Assembly (NCBI GenBank): GCA_963663895.2
Contig: CAXXRD010000004.1
Coordinates: 1-64,000, forward strand
DNA: 64,000 nucleotides
Origin: Dehalococcoidia bacterium
Lineage (GTDB): Bacteria; Chloroflexota; Dehalococcoidia; Bin125
Direction: 5' to 3'
A program made the position numbers and the translations under genes. Of the stretch, positions 20,020-29,700 are shown piece after piece. The notes below the pieces were generated by a model. It searched no databases. It saw nothing but the letters and a program-made list of their open reading frames with translations, and was not told where the DNA came from. The number at the start of each line of letters is the position of its first letter. The stretch's first letter is position 1.

Positions 20020-20688
20020 ATGTTCCAGGTCACCTTGGTCTCGGGAGACGCGTCGCTGATCACGAGCCTGCGAGGGCCGCTTGTCGACGCGGGCTACGAG
20101 GTCGTCGCGCTCGCGGGCAGCGAGGAGAGCGAGCCGGATCCGGCGGCGGCCGCGGACGTGCTGGCGGTCGACTGGCGGGGGGCGTCGCTGCGGCCGGCGC
20201 CGCCCTTCGTGGAGATGCGCCGGGCCTGGCCCAGAGCCCTTCTGATCGCCGTCGTGACCAGCGATCAGCTCGCCGATCTGCCACCCAACATTGAGGACTT
20301 CGTCCTGCCCCCGCTGGCGCCGGAAGAGTTCGTGGCCCGCATTCGCCAGGCGCTCTGGCGGCGGCGCGGGGCCGGTCCCGGCGACCTGATCGTGGCCGGC
20401 GACTTGCGCCTCGACCTCACAAGCTTCCAGGTGCTGGTCGGCGGGCAGGCGATCGCCTTGACCTACATGGAGTATCAGCTGCTGCGCTACCTGATGACCC
20501 ACGCGGGGATGGTGGTGACGCGAGAGACGCTGCTCAACCGCGTGTGGGGCTACGACTACTACGGCGGCATGCGGACCGTGGACGTGCACATCCGGCGGCT
20601 GCGGGCCAAGCTGGGCTCGGTGGCGGCGCGGCAGATCGAGACCGTACGCAACGCGGGCTACCGTTTCGCCGAGGTGCCCGGTCCCTAA
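20020..20688 (+). CDS. Orphan OmpR-family response regulator with atypical receiver domain (GlnR-like)
   Basis: Winged helix VWGYDYYGGMRTVDVHIRRLRAKLG..IETVRNAGYRF. The receiver lacks the N-terminal acidic pair and the conserved Lys. Lies next to glnA. Confidence 0.85.
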   Translation: MFQVTLVSGDASLITSLRGPLVDAGYEVVALAGSEESEPDPAAAADVLAVDWRGASLRPAPPFVEMRRAWPRALLIAVVTSDQLADLPPNIEDFVLPPLAPEEFVARIRQALWRRRGAGPGDLIVAGDLRLDLTSFQVLVGGQAIALTYMEYQLLRYLMTHAGMVVTRETLLNRVWGYDYYGGMRTVDVHIRRLRAKLGSVAARQIETVRNAGYRFAEVPGP

Positions 20689-20700
20689 CGCGAGCCCGGC

Positions 20701-20723
20701 CGCGCAGGCGCAGCGCCTGCGCG
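20701..20723 (+). terminator. GC-rich hairpin after the regulator gene
   Basis: CGCGCAGGCG-CAG-CGCCTGCGCG forms a perfect 10-bp stem. No U-tract. Confidence 0.45.
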
Positions 20724-20760
20724 TATACACACGGCGGGGGTCCCGGTCCAGAGTTAATCT

Positions 20761-20784
20761 GACTGTAATACGGACTGTAATACG
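20761..20784 (+). promoter_or_regulatory. Tandem 12-bp direct repeat (GACTGTAATACG)x2 upstream of glnA; candidate regulator operator
   Basis: Perfect AT-rich tandem repeat in an intergenic region about 105 bp upstream of glnA. Confidence 0.55.
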
Positions 20785-20888
20785 GTGGTGCGGCGCAGGG
20801 ACGCGGCTATGATCGCCGGGACCCTCAATCTATTCGGGCAGTTCATATGGGCGCCGCCGCGGCGTCGGTTCAGTTGGAGGTAAGTGGG

Positions 20889-22394
20889 ATGGCACTCAAA
20901 GACATCGTCCAGCACAAGCGGATGCCTGGCTTGTCGTCGGTCGAGTGGGAGGAAAGCAAGACGGCGGTCGACGCGATCCAGCAGTTCATCGAGAGCAACG
21001 AGGTGGAGATGGTGGACATCAAGTTCACCGATCTCCTGGGCACGTGGCAGCACCTTTCTCTCACGCCCCGTGAGATGGGCGCCGCCGCCTTCCGGGAGGG
21101 GATCGGCTTCGACGGGAGCAGCATCCGCGGCTTCCAGGGGATCGAGCGATCGGACATGGTGCTGATTCCGGACGCCAGCACGGCCCTGATCGATCCCTTC
21201 ATGACGCGCCGCACGCTCCATCTGATCGCGGATATCTACGATCCGGTGACGCGGGATCGCTACGGCAAGGATCCGCGCGCGGTCGCGGAGCGCGCGGAGA
21301 ACCACCTGCGCGACAGCGGCATCGCCGACCTTTCCTGCTGGGGCCCCGAAGCCGAGTTCTTCGTGTTCGACAGCATCAGCTACGACTCCGAGCGCGACCA
21401 GGCCTTCTACCGCGTCGATTCCGTCGAGGCGGCCTGGAACACGGGTGTCGACGACAAGGAGAGTGAGAACAACAACCCCAACCTCGGCTACAAGACCGAG
21501 CACAAGGAAGGATACTTCCCCGTTCCCCCGCGGGACACGCTCCAGGACATCCGCACCGAGATGGTGCTGACGATGGAAAGCCTGGGGATCGACACGGAGG
21601 TGCACCACCACGAGGTGGCGACGGCCGGGCAGTGCGAGATCGACCTGCGCTACGACTCGCTGCGATCGATGGCGGACAAGGTGCTTTGGTACAAGTACAT
21701 CGTCCGCAACGTGGCGCGGCAGGCGGGCAAGACGGCTACGTTCATGCCCAAGCCGATCTTCGAGGACAACGGCAGCGGGATGCACGTGCACCAGTCGCTG
21801 TGGAAGGATGAGGTGCCGCTCTTCTACGACCCCGAAGGGTACGCGGGGAGCTCGGAGATGGCGCGCCATTACACCGGCGGACTGATCAAGCACGGCCCGG
21901 CGCTGATGGCCTTCTGCGCTCCCACGACAAACAGCTACAAGCGCCTGGTGCCCGGCTACGAAGCGCCGACGACTCTCGTCTACAGCGCCCGCAACCGCAG
22001 CGCCGCGATCCGGATCCCGATGTACTCGCAGTCGCCCAAGTCGAAACGGCTGGAGTTCCGCTCGCCGGACCCGACGGCCAATCCCTACCTGGCGTTCAGC
22101 GCCCTGCTGATGGCCGGCCTGGACGGGATCCGGAACCAGATCGATCCGGGCGATCCCGTGGACGACGTCGATCTGTTCGAGATCGACATGGCGGAGGCGG
22201 GGTACCCCCAGGTACCACACTCGCTGGCGGGGGCCCTCGACGCATTGGAGCGCGACCACGCCTTCCTCTTGGAAGGGGGCGTCTTCACCGAGGACCTGAT
22301 CCAGACGTGGATCGGCTACAAGCGCAGCGCGGAGGTGGACCCCATGCGGATGCGCCCGCACCCGTACGAGTTCCAGCTCTACTTCGACGTCTAA
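20889..22394 (+). CDS. glnA: Glutamine synthetase type I (beta-type insertion present)
   Basis: [45 protein letters not shown] and [16 protein letters not shown] precedes ATG 20889. Confidence 0.96.
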   Translation: MALKDIVQHKRMPGLSSVEWEESKTAVDAIQQFIESNEVEMVDIKFTDLLGTWQHLSLTPREMGAAAFREGIGFDGSSIRGFQGIERSDMVLIPDASTALIDPFMTRRTLHLIADIYDPVTRDRYGKDPRAVAERAENHLRDSGIADLSCWGPEAEFFVFDSISYDSERDQAFYRVDSVEAAWNTGVDDKESENNNPNLGYKTEHKEGYFPVPPRDTLQDIRTEMVLTMESLGIDTEVHHHEVATAGQCEIDLRYDSLRSMADKVLWYKYIVRNVARQAGKTATFMPKPIFEDNGSGMHVHQSLWKDEVPLFYDPEGYAGSSEMARHYTGGLIKHGPALMAFCAPTTNSYKRLVPGYEAPTTLVYSARNRSAAIRIPMYSQSPKSKRLEFRSPDPTANPYLAFSALLMAGLDGIRNQIDPGDPVDDVDLFEIDMAEAGYPQVPHSLAGALDALERDHAFLLEGGVFTEDLIQTWIGYKRSAEVDPMRMRPHPYEFQLYFDV

Positions 22395-22471
22395 CGCGCC
22401 TCAGCAGCAACCCGAACGGCCCAAGCTCACCACTTGGGCCGTTCCCTCTCTGCGAGAGGGAGGAACCGGCG

Positions 22472-23800
22472 ATGGCACGTGAGACGACGGCGTACGTCCT
22501 GGCAACGGCGCAGGAGCACGACGTCCGCTTCATCCGTCTGTGGTTCACAGACATCCTGGGGTCCTTGAAGTCGTTCGCGATCACGGTGGACGAGTTGGAG
22601 ACGGCGCTCGACGACGGCGTCGCGTTCGACGGGTCGTCGATCGAGGGGTTCGCCCGCAGCGACGAGTCCGACATGATCGCGCGTCCAGACCCGGGGACGT
22701 TCGTGGTGCTGCCCTGGCGCCCGCACGAGGACCGGGTTGCGCGGATGATCTGCGATATCACTTGGCCGGACGGGCGCCCGTTCGAGGGCGACCCGCGCTA
22801 CGTCCTGCGCCGCACGCTGCAGCGGGCACGGGCGCTCGGCTACACCTTCTATGTGGGTCCCGAGCTGGAGTACTTCTATTTCCGGGGAGCCACCGACCCG
22901 GAGCCGCTGGATGCCGGGGGCTACTTCGATCTGACGCCGCTCGACGCGGCCAGCGATCTCCGCCGCGAGACGGTGCTGACGCTGGAAGAGATGGGGATCT
23001 CGGTCGCGTCCAGCCATCACGAGGTGGCGCCGAGCCAGCACGAGATCGGGTTGCGCCATACGGACGCGCTCACGATGGCCGACAACACGATGACGTACCG
23101 GCTGGTGGTGAAGGAGATCGCGCTCAAGCACGACGTGTACGCGTCGTTCATGCCGAAGCCGTTGTCGAACGTGAACGGGAGCGGGATGCACGCGCACCAG
23201 TCGCTCTTCCACGGCGAGGTCAACGCCTTCTTCGACGAAGACGGCCCGGCCCACCTCTCCCAGGTGGCGCAGCGGTACATCGCGGGGCTGCTGCGCCACG
23301 CGCCGGAGCTGACCTTGCTCTGCAACCAGTGGGTGAATAGCTACAAGCGGCTGCGTCCGGGGTTCGAAGCGCCCGCCTATCTGACATGGGCGAGGCGGAA
23401 TCACAGCGACCTGATTCGCATCCCAGAGGCCGCCCCCGGCCGACCCGAGGCGGCCCGCGTTGAGTACCGGGCGGCGGACCCGGCTTGTAATCCGTACTTC
23501 GCGTTCAGTGCCCTGCTGGCGGCAGGTCTGCAGGGGATTCAGCAGGAGTACCGGCTGCCGCCTGAGACCGTGGACGACGTGTCGTTGCTCGGCGAGGAGG
23601 AGCGGCGCGCTCGCAATGTCGAGCGGCTGCCGGGCACGATGGGCGAAGCGATCGATCTGTTCGCGCGGAGCGATCTGATGCGCGCCACCCTGGGCACGCA
23701 TGTGTTCGAGAGCTTCTTGCGCAACAAGCGCATTGAGTGGGACGCGTACCTCGGACAGGTGACGGATTTCGAACGGGAGCGGTATCTGCCCGTGCTCTAG
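22472..23800 (+). CDS. Second glutamine synthetase-family protein (alpha-like; possible gamma-glutamyl-amine ligase)
   Basis: FDGSSIEGF, HHEVAPSQHEI, NGSGMHAHQS, PGFEAP and RVEYR. Lacks the beta insertion. Confidence 0.9.
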   Translation: MARETTAYVLATAQEHDVRFIRLWFTDILGSLKSFAITVDELETALDDGVAFDGSSIEGFARSDESDMIARPDPGTFVVLPWRPHEDRVARMICDITWPDGRPFEGDPRYVLRRTLQRARALGYTFYVGPELEYFYFRGATDPEPLDAGGYFDLTPLDAASDLRRETVLTLEEMGISVASSHHEVAPSQHEIGLRHTDALTMADNTMTYRLVVKEIALKHDVYASFMPKPLSNVNGSGMHAHQSLFHGEVNAFFDEDGPAHLSQVAQRYIAGLLRHAPELTLLCNQWVNSYKRLRPGFEAPAYLTWARRNHSDLIRIPEAAPGRPEAARVEYRAADPACNPYFAFSALLAAGLQGIQQEYRLPPETVDDVSLLGEEERRARNVERLPGTMGEAIDLFARSDLMRATLGTHVFESFLRNKRIEWDAYLGQVTDFERERYLPVL

Positions 23801-25332
23801 GTGCCCGGGAAGAGCATCGCGGTGGAGTGCTCGATCGCCTTGAAGAGTGGGGTGGGGTAGAGGCCGACGAAGAAGACGGCGGCGGTGAGCACGGCGATCG
23901 CACCCGTCATGGGCACCGGCACATGCAAGCGACTCGCTGCAGTGTCGGCAGGCTTGTACAGATAGATCTGCTTGATCACCATCAGGTAGTAGTAGAGCGA
24001 AACAAAGGAGGCGGTGACGCCCATAGCGGCGAGCCAGAGGAAGCCGCTGTCGGCAGCTGCCTGGAAGAGGATAAATTTGGTCACGAAGCCGGCGAAGAGT
24101 GGCATCCCGGCCAGGGAGAACAGGCCGACGGCGATGGCGAGGGCAAGGAAGGGTTGCCGCTCCGCCAGTCCGCGCAGGTCGGCGATGTCGTCGCGGCCCG
24201 TGCGATTGTAGAAGGCAATGAGCGCGGCGAAGACGGCGATGTTGGTGGCGACGTAGCCCACGAGGTGCAACACGAGCGCGCTGGCGGCGGCGTGCGAGTT
24301 GGCCAGGGTATCGGCATGCAGGGCCACGATGCCCACCAGCAGGTACCCGACTTGGGCGATCGACGAGTACGCCAGCAGCCGCTTCATGTTGGTCTGCTGT
24401 AGCGCCATGAGGTTGCCCACGATCATCGTCCCGGCAGCGACGATGGCGACGAGCCAGACCCACTCGGCGCTGGCCGGCATGAAGGCCTCGGCGAAGAGCC
24501 GGAGGAAGAGCGCGAAGGCAGCGGCCTTGCCGCCCGCACTGAGGAAGGCGGTGATGGGCAGCGGCGCCCCTTGGTACGCATCCGGGGTCCACTGGTGGAA
24601 GGGAACCGCCGAGACTTTGAAGCCGAGCCCGGCGACGACCAACACCAGACCGATGATGAGGCCGGGCCGGACGTCCGCCGCCGCGGGGAGAGCGGGATCG
24701 GGGATCGCGGCGCCGAAATTGCCAAGCTGCGTTGCGATATTGCGCGCGGCCTCCACCCCGTCCGGGTCGATGGGACCGTAGGTGGTGGTGCCGGTCACCC
24801 CGTAGATCATGCTGAGGCCGTAGAGGAAGAGCGCCGACGAGAAGGCGCCGAGCAGCATGTACTTCAGGGAGGCTTCGTTAGAGAACGGGTTGAGTTTATT
24901 GAAGCCGACGAGGATGTAGAGGCTGAAGGAAAGGAGCTCCAGCGCGATGTAGGCGGTGATCAGCTCGCGGGCGCCCGCCATGAGCATCATGCCCAGCGTG
25001 GCGAAGAGGATCAGGCCGTAGTACTCGCCGTGGTTCTTGAGACGATCGGCGGCGAACTGCATGCTGGCGAGGATGGTGAAGAAGGCAATGCCCAGGAAGA
25101 AGATGCGGAAAAGTACGGTGTAGTTATCGACGGCGATGATGTTGGCGAAATCATCGTTGACGTTGATGTAGAAGACGGCGGTGAGCACGAGGAGGGCGAA
25201 GACCGCCGCCGCCGCGCCGTAGCCGAGGAACTCTTGGCGCAGCCGAGGGAAGCAGAGGGCCACGGCCACGATGAGCGTGGCGAGCCCCGCCATCACAAAC
25301 TCCGGTACGACTAGTTCGTATTCAAAGTCCAT
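23797..25332 (-). CDS. nuoN: NADH-quinone oxidoreductase subunit N
   Basis: GFKVSAVPFHQWTPDAYQGAP and KRLLAYSSIAQ. Confidence 0.95.
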   Translation of the reverse strand: MDFEYELVVPEFVMAGLATLIVAVALCFPRLRQEFLGYGAAAAVFALLVLTAVFYINVNDDFANIIAVDNYTVLFRIFFLGIAFFTILASMQFAADRLKNHGEYYGLILFATLGMMLMAGARELITAYIALELLSFSLYILVGFNKLNPFSNEASLKYMLLGAFSSALFLYGLSMIYGVTGTTTYGPIDPDGVEAARNIATQLGNFGAAIPDPALPAAADVRPGLIIGLVLVVAGLGFKVSAVPFHQWTPDAYQGAPLPITAFLSAGGKAAAFALFLRLFAEAFMPASAEWVWLVAIVAAGTMIVGNLMALQQTNMKRLLAYSSIAQVGYLLVGIVALHADTLANSHAAASALVLHLVGYVATNIAVFAALIAFYNRTGRDDIADLRGLAERQPFLALAIAVGLFSLAGMPLFAGFVTKFILFQAAADSGFLWLAAMGVTASFVSLYYYLMVIKQIYLYKPADTAASRLHVPVPMTGAIAVLTAAVFFVGLYPTPLFKAIEHSTAMLFPGT

Positions 25333-25333
25333 G

Positions 25334-26854
25334 TCAGTCGATGATCCCCGGGAGCTTATCGGCAGGGCTGCCGATCTGCTCCACCTGCGGCAGCTCGTTC
25401 ACGGAGACGGAAATGCGGTCGACAAAGGGCGCGGGCCAGACGCCCATGGCGACGATGCCGGCGATGAGGGTCACGCCGGCCAGCGCCTCGTAGGGCCGAA
25501 GGTCGCGCAGGCTTTCCCACTTGGCGTTGAAGGGACCCAGGGCGGCACGGCCCATCAGCCGCAGGATGTAGACAGCGGTGACGGCGGCGGAAAGCACGCC
25601 GATGGCGGCGAAGAGCGGGAAGGCGTCGAAGGCGCCAACGAAGATGTGGAACTCAGCGACGAAGCCGCTGAGGCCTGGTAAACCGAGCGAGGCCAAGCCC
25701 GCGATGCCGAAGAAGATCACGAAGAGCGGCATTTTACGGATGATGCCGCCGAAGGCGTGAATGTCGCGGGTGTGGGCCTGATCGTAGATGGCGCCCACCA
25801 TGGCGAAGAAGAGCGCCGTCATGACGCCGTGGCTGAACATCTGGAGAACGGCGCCGTTCACCCCGATGGTGTTCATGGTGCCGAGGCCCATGAGCACGAA
25901 GCCCATGTGGCTGACCGAGGAGTAGCCGATCACGAACTTGAGGTCGTGCTGGTGCAGGGCGGAGAAGGCGCCGTAGATGGCGGCAATCGCGCCGAGGACG
26001 AGCAGCACGGGCATCCAGAATTCCGTCCCGGCGGGGAGCAACTCGATGCCGAGGCGGACGATACCGAAAGCGCCGAGCTTCATCAGGACGCCCGCGTGCA
26101 GCATCGAAACGGCCGTAGGAGCAGCGACATGGCCGTCGGGCGACCACGTGTGGAAGGGCCAGAGACCGGCGAGGACCCCGCAGCCGATCATGAAGAAGGG
26201 GAAGAAGGTCTTGGAGAAGCCGGCATCGAACTCGACCTGTCCCAGCGCCGGCAGGTCGAAGGTGCCGAGACCGGCTTCGATGAAGACGGCGAAGATCCCG
26301 ATAAAGATCAGGACGGAGCCGCCGACCAGCACCATCATCAGCTTCATGGCGCCGTACTCTTTGTTGGTGCTGCCCCAGATGACGATCAGGAGATACATGG
26401 GCAGGACGGCGAGTTCGTAGGCGAAGAACCAGAAGAAGAGATCTTGGGCGATGTAGACGCCGAAGACGCCGGTGACGAGGAAGAGGAAGAGGAAGAAGAA
26501 GTGCTTGTTGCGGTAGTCGATCTTCCAGGAGACGAGCGCGCCCGTGAAGGCGACGATGCCGTTGAGGAGGACGAGGGGGGCGGCGATCCCGTCGACGGCG
26601 AGGTGGAGGGAGATCCCGTTCTCTCGGAGGAAGGCCACGTTTTCGAGCCAGACGTAGCGGAGGTCGAACTGGAGTCCGCCTTCTTGGTAGTCGTAAAGAG
26701 CGAAGATGTAGATGGAGTCGATGAAGGTGGCGAGCGTCGCCAGGAGCGCGATGGCGCGGACGGCGTTCTTGTACTGCGACGGCAGCAGCAGGATGGCAAG
26801 CGCGGCGCCAGCGGGGATCAGCAGCAGGAGGAGAAGGGTTTCACCCGCGTCCAC
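25334..26854 (-). CDS. nuoM: NADH-quinone oxidoreductase subunit M
   Basis: WPFHTWSPDGHVAAP, YSSVSHMG and LGLPGLSGFVAE. Confidence 0.95.
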   Translation of the reverse strand: MDAGETLLLLLLIPAGAALAILLLPSQYKNAVRAIALLATLATFIDSIYIFALYDYQEGGLQFDLRYVWLENVAFLRENGISLHLAVDGIAAPLVLLNGIVAFTGALVSWKIDYRNKHFFFLFLFLVTGVFGVYIAQDLFFWFFAYELAVLPMYLLIVIWGSTNKEYGAMKLMMVLVGGSVLIFIGIFAVFIEAGLGTFDLPALGQVEFDAGFSKTFFPFFMIGCGVLAGLWPFHTWSPDGHVAAPTAVSMLHAGVLMKLGAFGIVRLGIELLPAGTEFWMPVLLVLGAIAAIYGAFSALHQHDLKFVIGYSSVSHMGFVLMGLGTMNTIGVNGAVLQMFSHGVMTALFFAMVGAIYDQAHTRDIHAFGGIIRKMPLFVIFFGIAGLASLGLPGLSGFVAEFHIFVGAFDAFPLFAAIGVLSAAVTAVYILRLMGRAALGPFNAKWESLRDLRPYEALAGVTLIAGIVAMGVWPAPFVDRISVSVNELPQVEQIGSPADKLPGIID

Positions 26855-26902
26855 TGTTCCTCCTACTTTGTGCCGCGCCGCGCCGCTGCGGCCAGCGATT
26901 GA

Positions 26903-28834
26903 CTAGAGCCGGACGAGGAAACCCAGGGCACCGGCGGCGGCGATGCCCAGCACCATGAAGAGCGCATAGTCAGGGATGCGGCCGGTCACGTGGTATCGCA
27001 TCCAGGAAGCGCCGTAGCGCGTGAAGTCGGCAGGGCCGTTGATGCCGGTGTCGTTGACGACCACGCGGTCGAAGACGGCGACGGCGCGGCCGGCGGGAAG
27101 GACGAGGCGGTCGATGGCGGCCTGATAGAGATCGTCCATGTAGAACTTGTTCTGCACGAGCACGGTCACGGGGGGAGCAAAGGCCGCGAGACGCTGAGCG
27201 CGCTCGGCCCTGCCCCAGAACAGCCAGAAGGCAGCGCCGATGCCGGCCAGGGAAGCGACGCCGGTCGCGGCGGCGATCGTGTCGTCGAAGTGGAAGGTTT
27301 CCGGGAGAGGGAAGTAGACGTAGTTGTTGATGCCGCCGGGGAACCCGAGCGCGCGGCCGACTTGGTCGAAGGCGAAGAAGCCCACGAGCAGGGTCAAGAC
27401 GGCGAGGATCAGGAGCGGTCCCACCATCAGGAGCGGCGCTTCCCGGGCGCGCCGGATCATGGCGAGATCCTTGGGCGAGCCGAGGAAGGTGATGATCACG
27501 AGCCGGGCCATGTACAGCGCGGAGAGGAACGCGGCCAGGCCCATCAGGATGAGGACCACATCACTCTGGTAGGCGTTCACAACCACGAAGATCTCATCCT
27601 TGGAGAAGAAGCCGGCTAAAGGCGGAATGCCCGCCAGCGCAAGCGCGCCGATGGCGAAGGTGAGGGTCGTGATCGGCATGCGCCACCAGAGGCCGCCGAG
27701 CCGGCGCGCGTCCTGCTCCTCCGTCATGTGGATCACGGAGCCGGATCCGAGGAAGAGGAGCGCCTTGAAGACAGCGTGGGTAAGGAGATGGAAGATCGCC
27801 ACCCCCACGGCGCCGGCGCCGAGCGCCACGAACATGAAGCCGAGCTGGCTCACCGTGGAATAGGCGAGTACGCGCTTGATGTCCGTCTGGACGAGGGCGA
27901 GCACGCCCGCGAGCAAGGCCGTGGTCAAGCCGACGGCGGTCACGACCTGCAGCGCCCCGGGCGTCGCATCGAAGAGGGGAAGGAGCCGGGCGACGAGGTA
28001 CACGCCCGCGACCACCATGGTGGCCGCGTGGATGAGAGCGCTGACGGGCGTGGGGCCCTCCATGGCGTCCGGGAGCCACACGTGGAAGGGGAATTGGGCG
28101 CTCTTGCCCATCGCGCCGAGGAAGACCATCAAGGTCGCCAGGATGAGATAGCCATCGCTCATGACGGGGGCGAGATCGTTGGTGCGACCGGCCTGCGCGG
28201 CGGCGATGATGTCGCTGATCTGGAAGCTCCCGGTCGCGCGCCAAAGAAGAATGATGCCGATGAGGAGGCCGACATCGCCGAGGCGAGTGGTGACAAAGGC
28301 TTTCTTGGCCGCCTCCACCGCCGATCGCTTCTCGTAGTAGAACCCGATCAGCAAGAAGGAGCAGAGTCCGACGCCCTCCCAAGCGATGTAGAGGAATAGG
28401 AGATTGTCGGCGAGGACCAAGGCGAGCATCGCAGCGACGAAGAGGGAGTGCACCGCGAAGTACCACCAGTAGCGCGGTTCCGGCTTGCCGTGGTGTCGCA
28501 TGTAGGCAACCGAGTAGATCTGCACGAGGAGCGCGACCAGGGTGACGACGCCGAGCATGACGAGGGCGATCGAGTCCACGGTGAAACCGATGCGCAGCGT
28601 GAAGCCCTCAAACTGCAACCAGTTGAAGCCGACGTTGGAGAGGCCGCCCAAGCCCGCCTGGATGGAGTCGAGGTGGGCTTCCAGCACGAAGAAAAAGAGC
28701 ACGAAGCCGCTGGCGATGGCGGTGATGGAGAGCCAGTCGCCGCCGCGGGGGATCCTGTTTCCCAGGACAAAGAGCGCGATAAAGGCACAGGCGGGGATCG
28801 CGGGGATGATCCAGGCGTGGTCGAGCCAGTACAT
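26903..28834 (-). CDS. nuoL: NADH-quinone oxidoreductase subunit L
   Basis: GKSAQFPFHVWLPDAMEGPTPVSALIHAATMV. Confidence 0.97.
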   Translation of the reverse strand: MYWLDHAWIIPAIPACAFIALFVLGNRIPRGGDWLSITAIASGFVLFFFVLEAHLDSIQAGLGGLSNVGFNWLQFEGFTLRIGFTVDSIALVMLGVVTLVALLVQIYSVAYMRHHGKPEPRYWWYFAVHSLFVAAMLALVLADNLLFLYIAWEGVGLCSFLLIGFYYEKRSAVEAAKKAFVTTRLGDVGLLIGIILLWRATGSFQISDIIAAAQAGRTNDLAPVMSDGYLILATLMVFLGAMGKSAQFPFHVWLPDAMEGPTPVSALIHAATMVVAGVYLVARLLPLFDATPGALQVVTAVGLTTALLAGVLALVQTDIKRVLAYSTVSQLGFMFVALGAGAVGVAIFHLLTHAVFKALLFLGSGSVIHMTEEQDARRLGGLWWRMPITTLTFAIGALALAGIPPLAGFFSKDEIFVVVNAYQSDVVLILMGLAAFLSALYMARLVIITFLGSPKDLAMIRRAREAPLLMVGPLLILAVLTLLVGFFAFDQVGRALGFPGGINNYVYFPLPETFHFDDTIAAATGVASLAGIGAAFWLFWGRAERAQRLAAFAPPVTVLVQNKFYMDDLYQAAIDRLVLPAGRAVAVFDRVVVNDTGINGPADFTRYGASWMRYHVTGRIPDYALFMVLGIAAAGALGFLVRL

Positions 28835-28869
28835 CTAGGCGCTTGCCCTCCGTTGGCCCTGCCGCCTGC

Positions 28870-29187
28870 CTACCATTTGAGCAGGTTCACTTCGTCGACG
28901 TTGGCGGTGGCGCGGTTGCGGAAGAGGCGGACGACGATGCCGAGCGCCAGCGCGACCTCCGCCGCGGCCACCACCACGATGAAGAACGCGAAAATGATGC
29001 CCGTGAACGTGTTGTCGAACGCGACGCGGCCGTAGATCGCGAAGGCCACCATGTTGATGCTCACCGCGTTCAGCATGAGCTCGACGGACATCAGGATGTT
29101 CACCGCGTTGCGGCGGGTGAGCACGCCATAGACGCCGATCGAGAAGAGGATGGCGCTGACGACGAGGACGTGCTCAAGCGGCGGCAT
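28870..29187 (-). CDS. nuoK: NADH-quinone oxidoreductase subunit K
   Basis: LMSVELMLNA and VAAAEVALAL. Confidence 0.95.
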   Translation of the reverse strand: MPPLEHVLVVSAILFSIGVYGVLTRRNAVNILMSVELMLNAVSINMVAFAIYGRVAFDNTFTGIIFAFFIVVVAAAEVALALGIVVRLFRNRATANVDEVNLLKW

Positions 29188-29690
29188 TACTGCTCTCCTT
29201 GGTCGGGTTGGGAGAGGAGGATGGCGCCGGCCATGGCGATCACGAGGACCACGGAGATCACCTCGAAGGGCACGGCCCAGGCGCTGAAGAGCACATCGCC
29301 GATCTCCTGGAAGGGGACTGGCTCGATGTCGTCCGGGTTAGCAGTCGCCCACTCCGAGGCGACGATCCCGGCCACGAAGGCCGCCAGTAAGCCGGCGGCG
29401 ATGGTGAAGGCGATCGGGCGGTTCTTGCCGAAGAGGGCCTGAGGCCGCTCGCGGGCGCGCGTCAGCATGAGCGCAAAGAGCACCAACATGATCACGGCGC
29501 CGCCGTAGACGACTAACTGGGTAAGTGCGAGAAACTCGACCGTCAGGATCACGTAGATCCCTGCGACGGCGCCGAGGGCGAGAATGAGCGCGAGGGCGGA
29601 GTGGACGATGTTGCGGGCGAGAACTACCCCGAGGCCGCCGCCGATCATGACGAAGGCAATGCCGTAGAAGACGATTTCCGTTGCGCTCAC
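29187..29690 (-). CDS. nuoJ: NADH-quinone oxidoreductase subunit J
   Basis: QLVVYGGAVIML and PFEVISVVL. Confidence 0.93.
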   Translation of the reverse strand: MSATEIVFYGIAFVMIGGGLGVVLARNIVHSALALILALGAVAGIYVILTVEFLALTQLVVYGGAVIMLVLFALMLTRARERPQALFGKNRPIAFTIAAGLLAAFVAGIVASEWATANPDDIEPVPFQEIGDVLFSAWAVPFEVISVVLVIAMAGAILLSQPDQGEQ

Positions 29691-29700
29691 GCAGCGCTCC

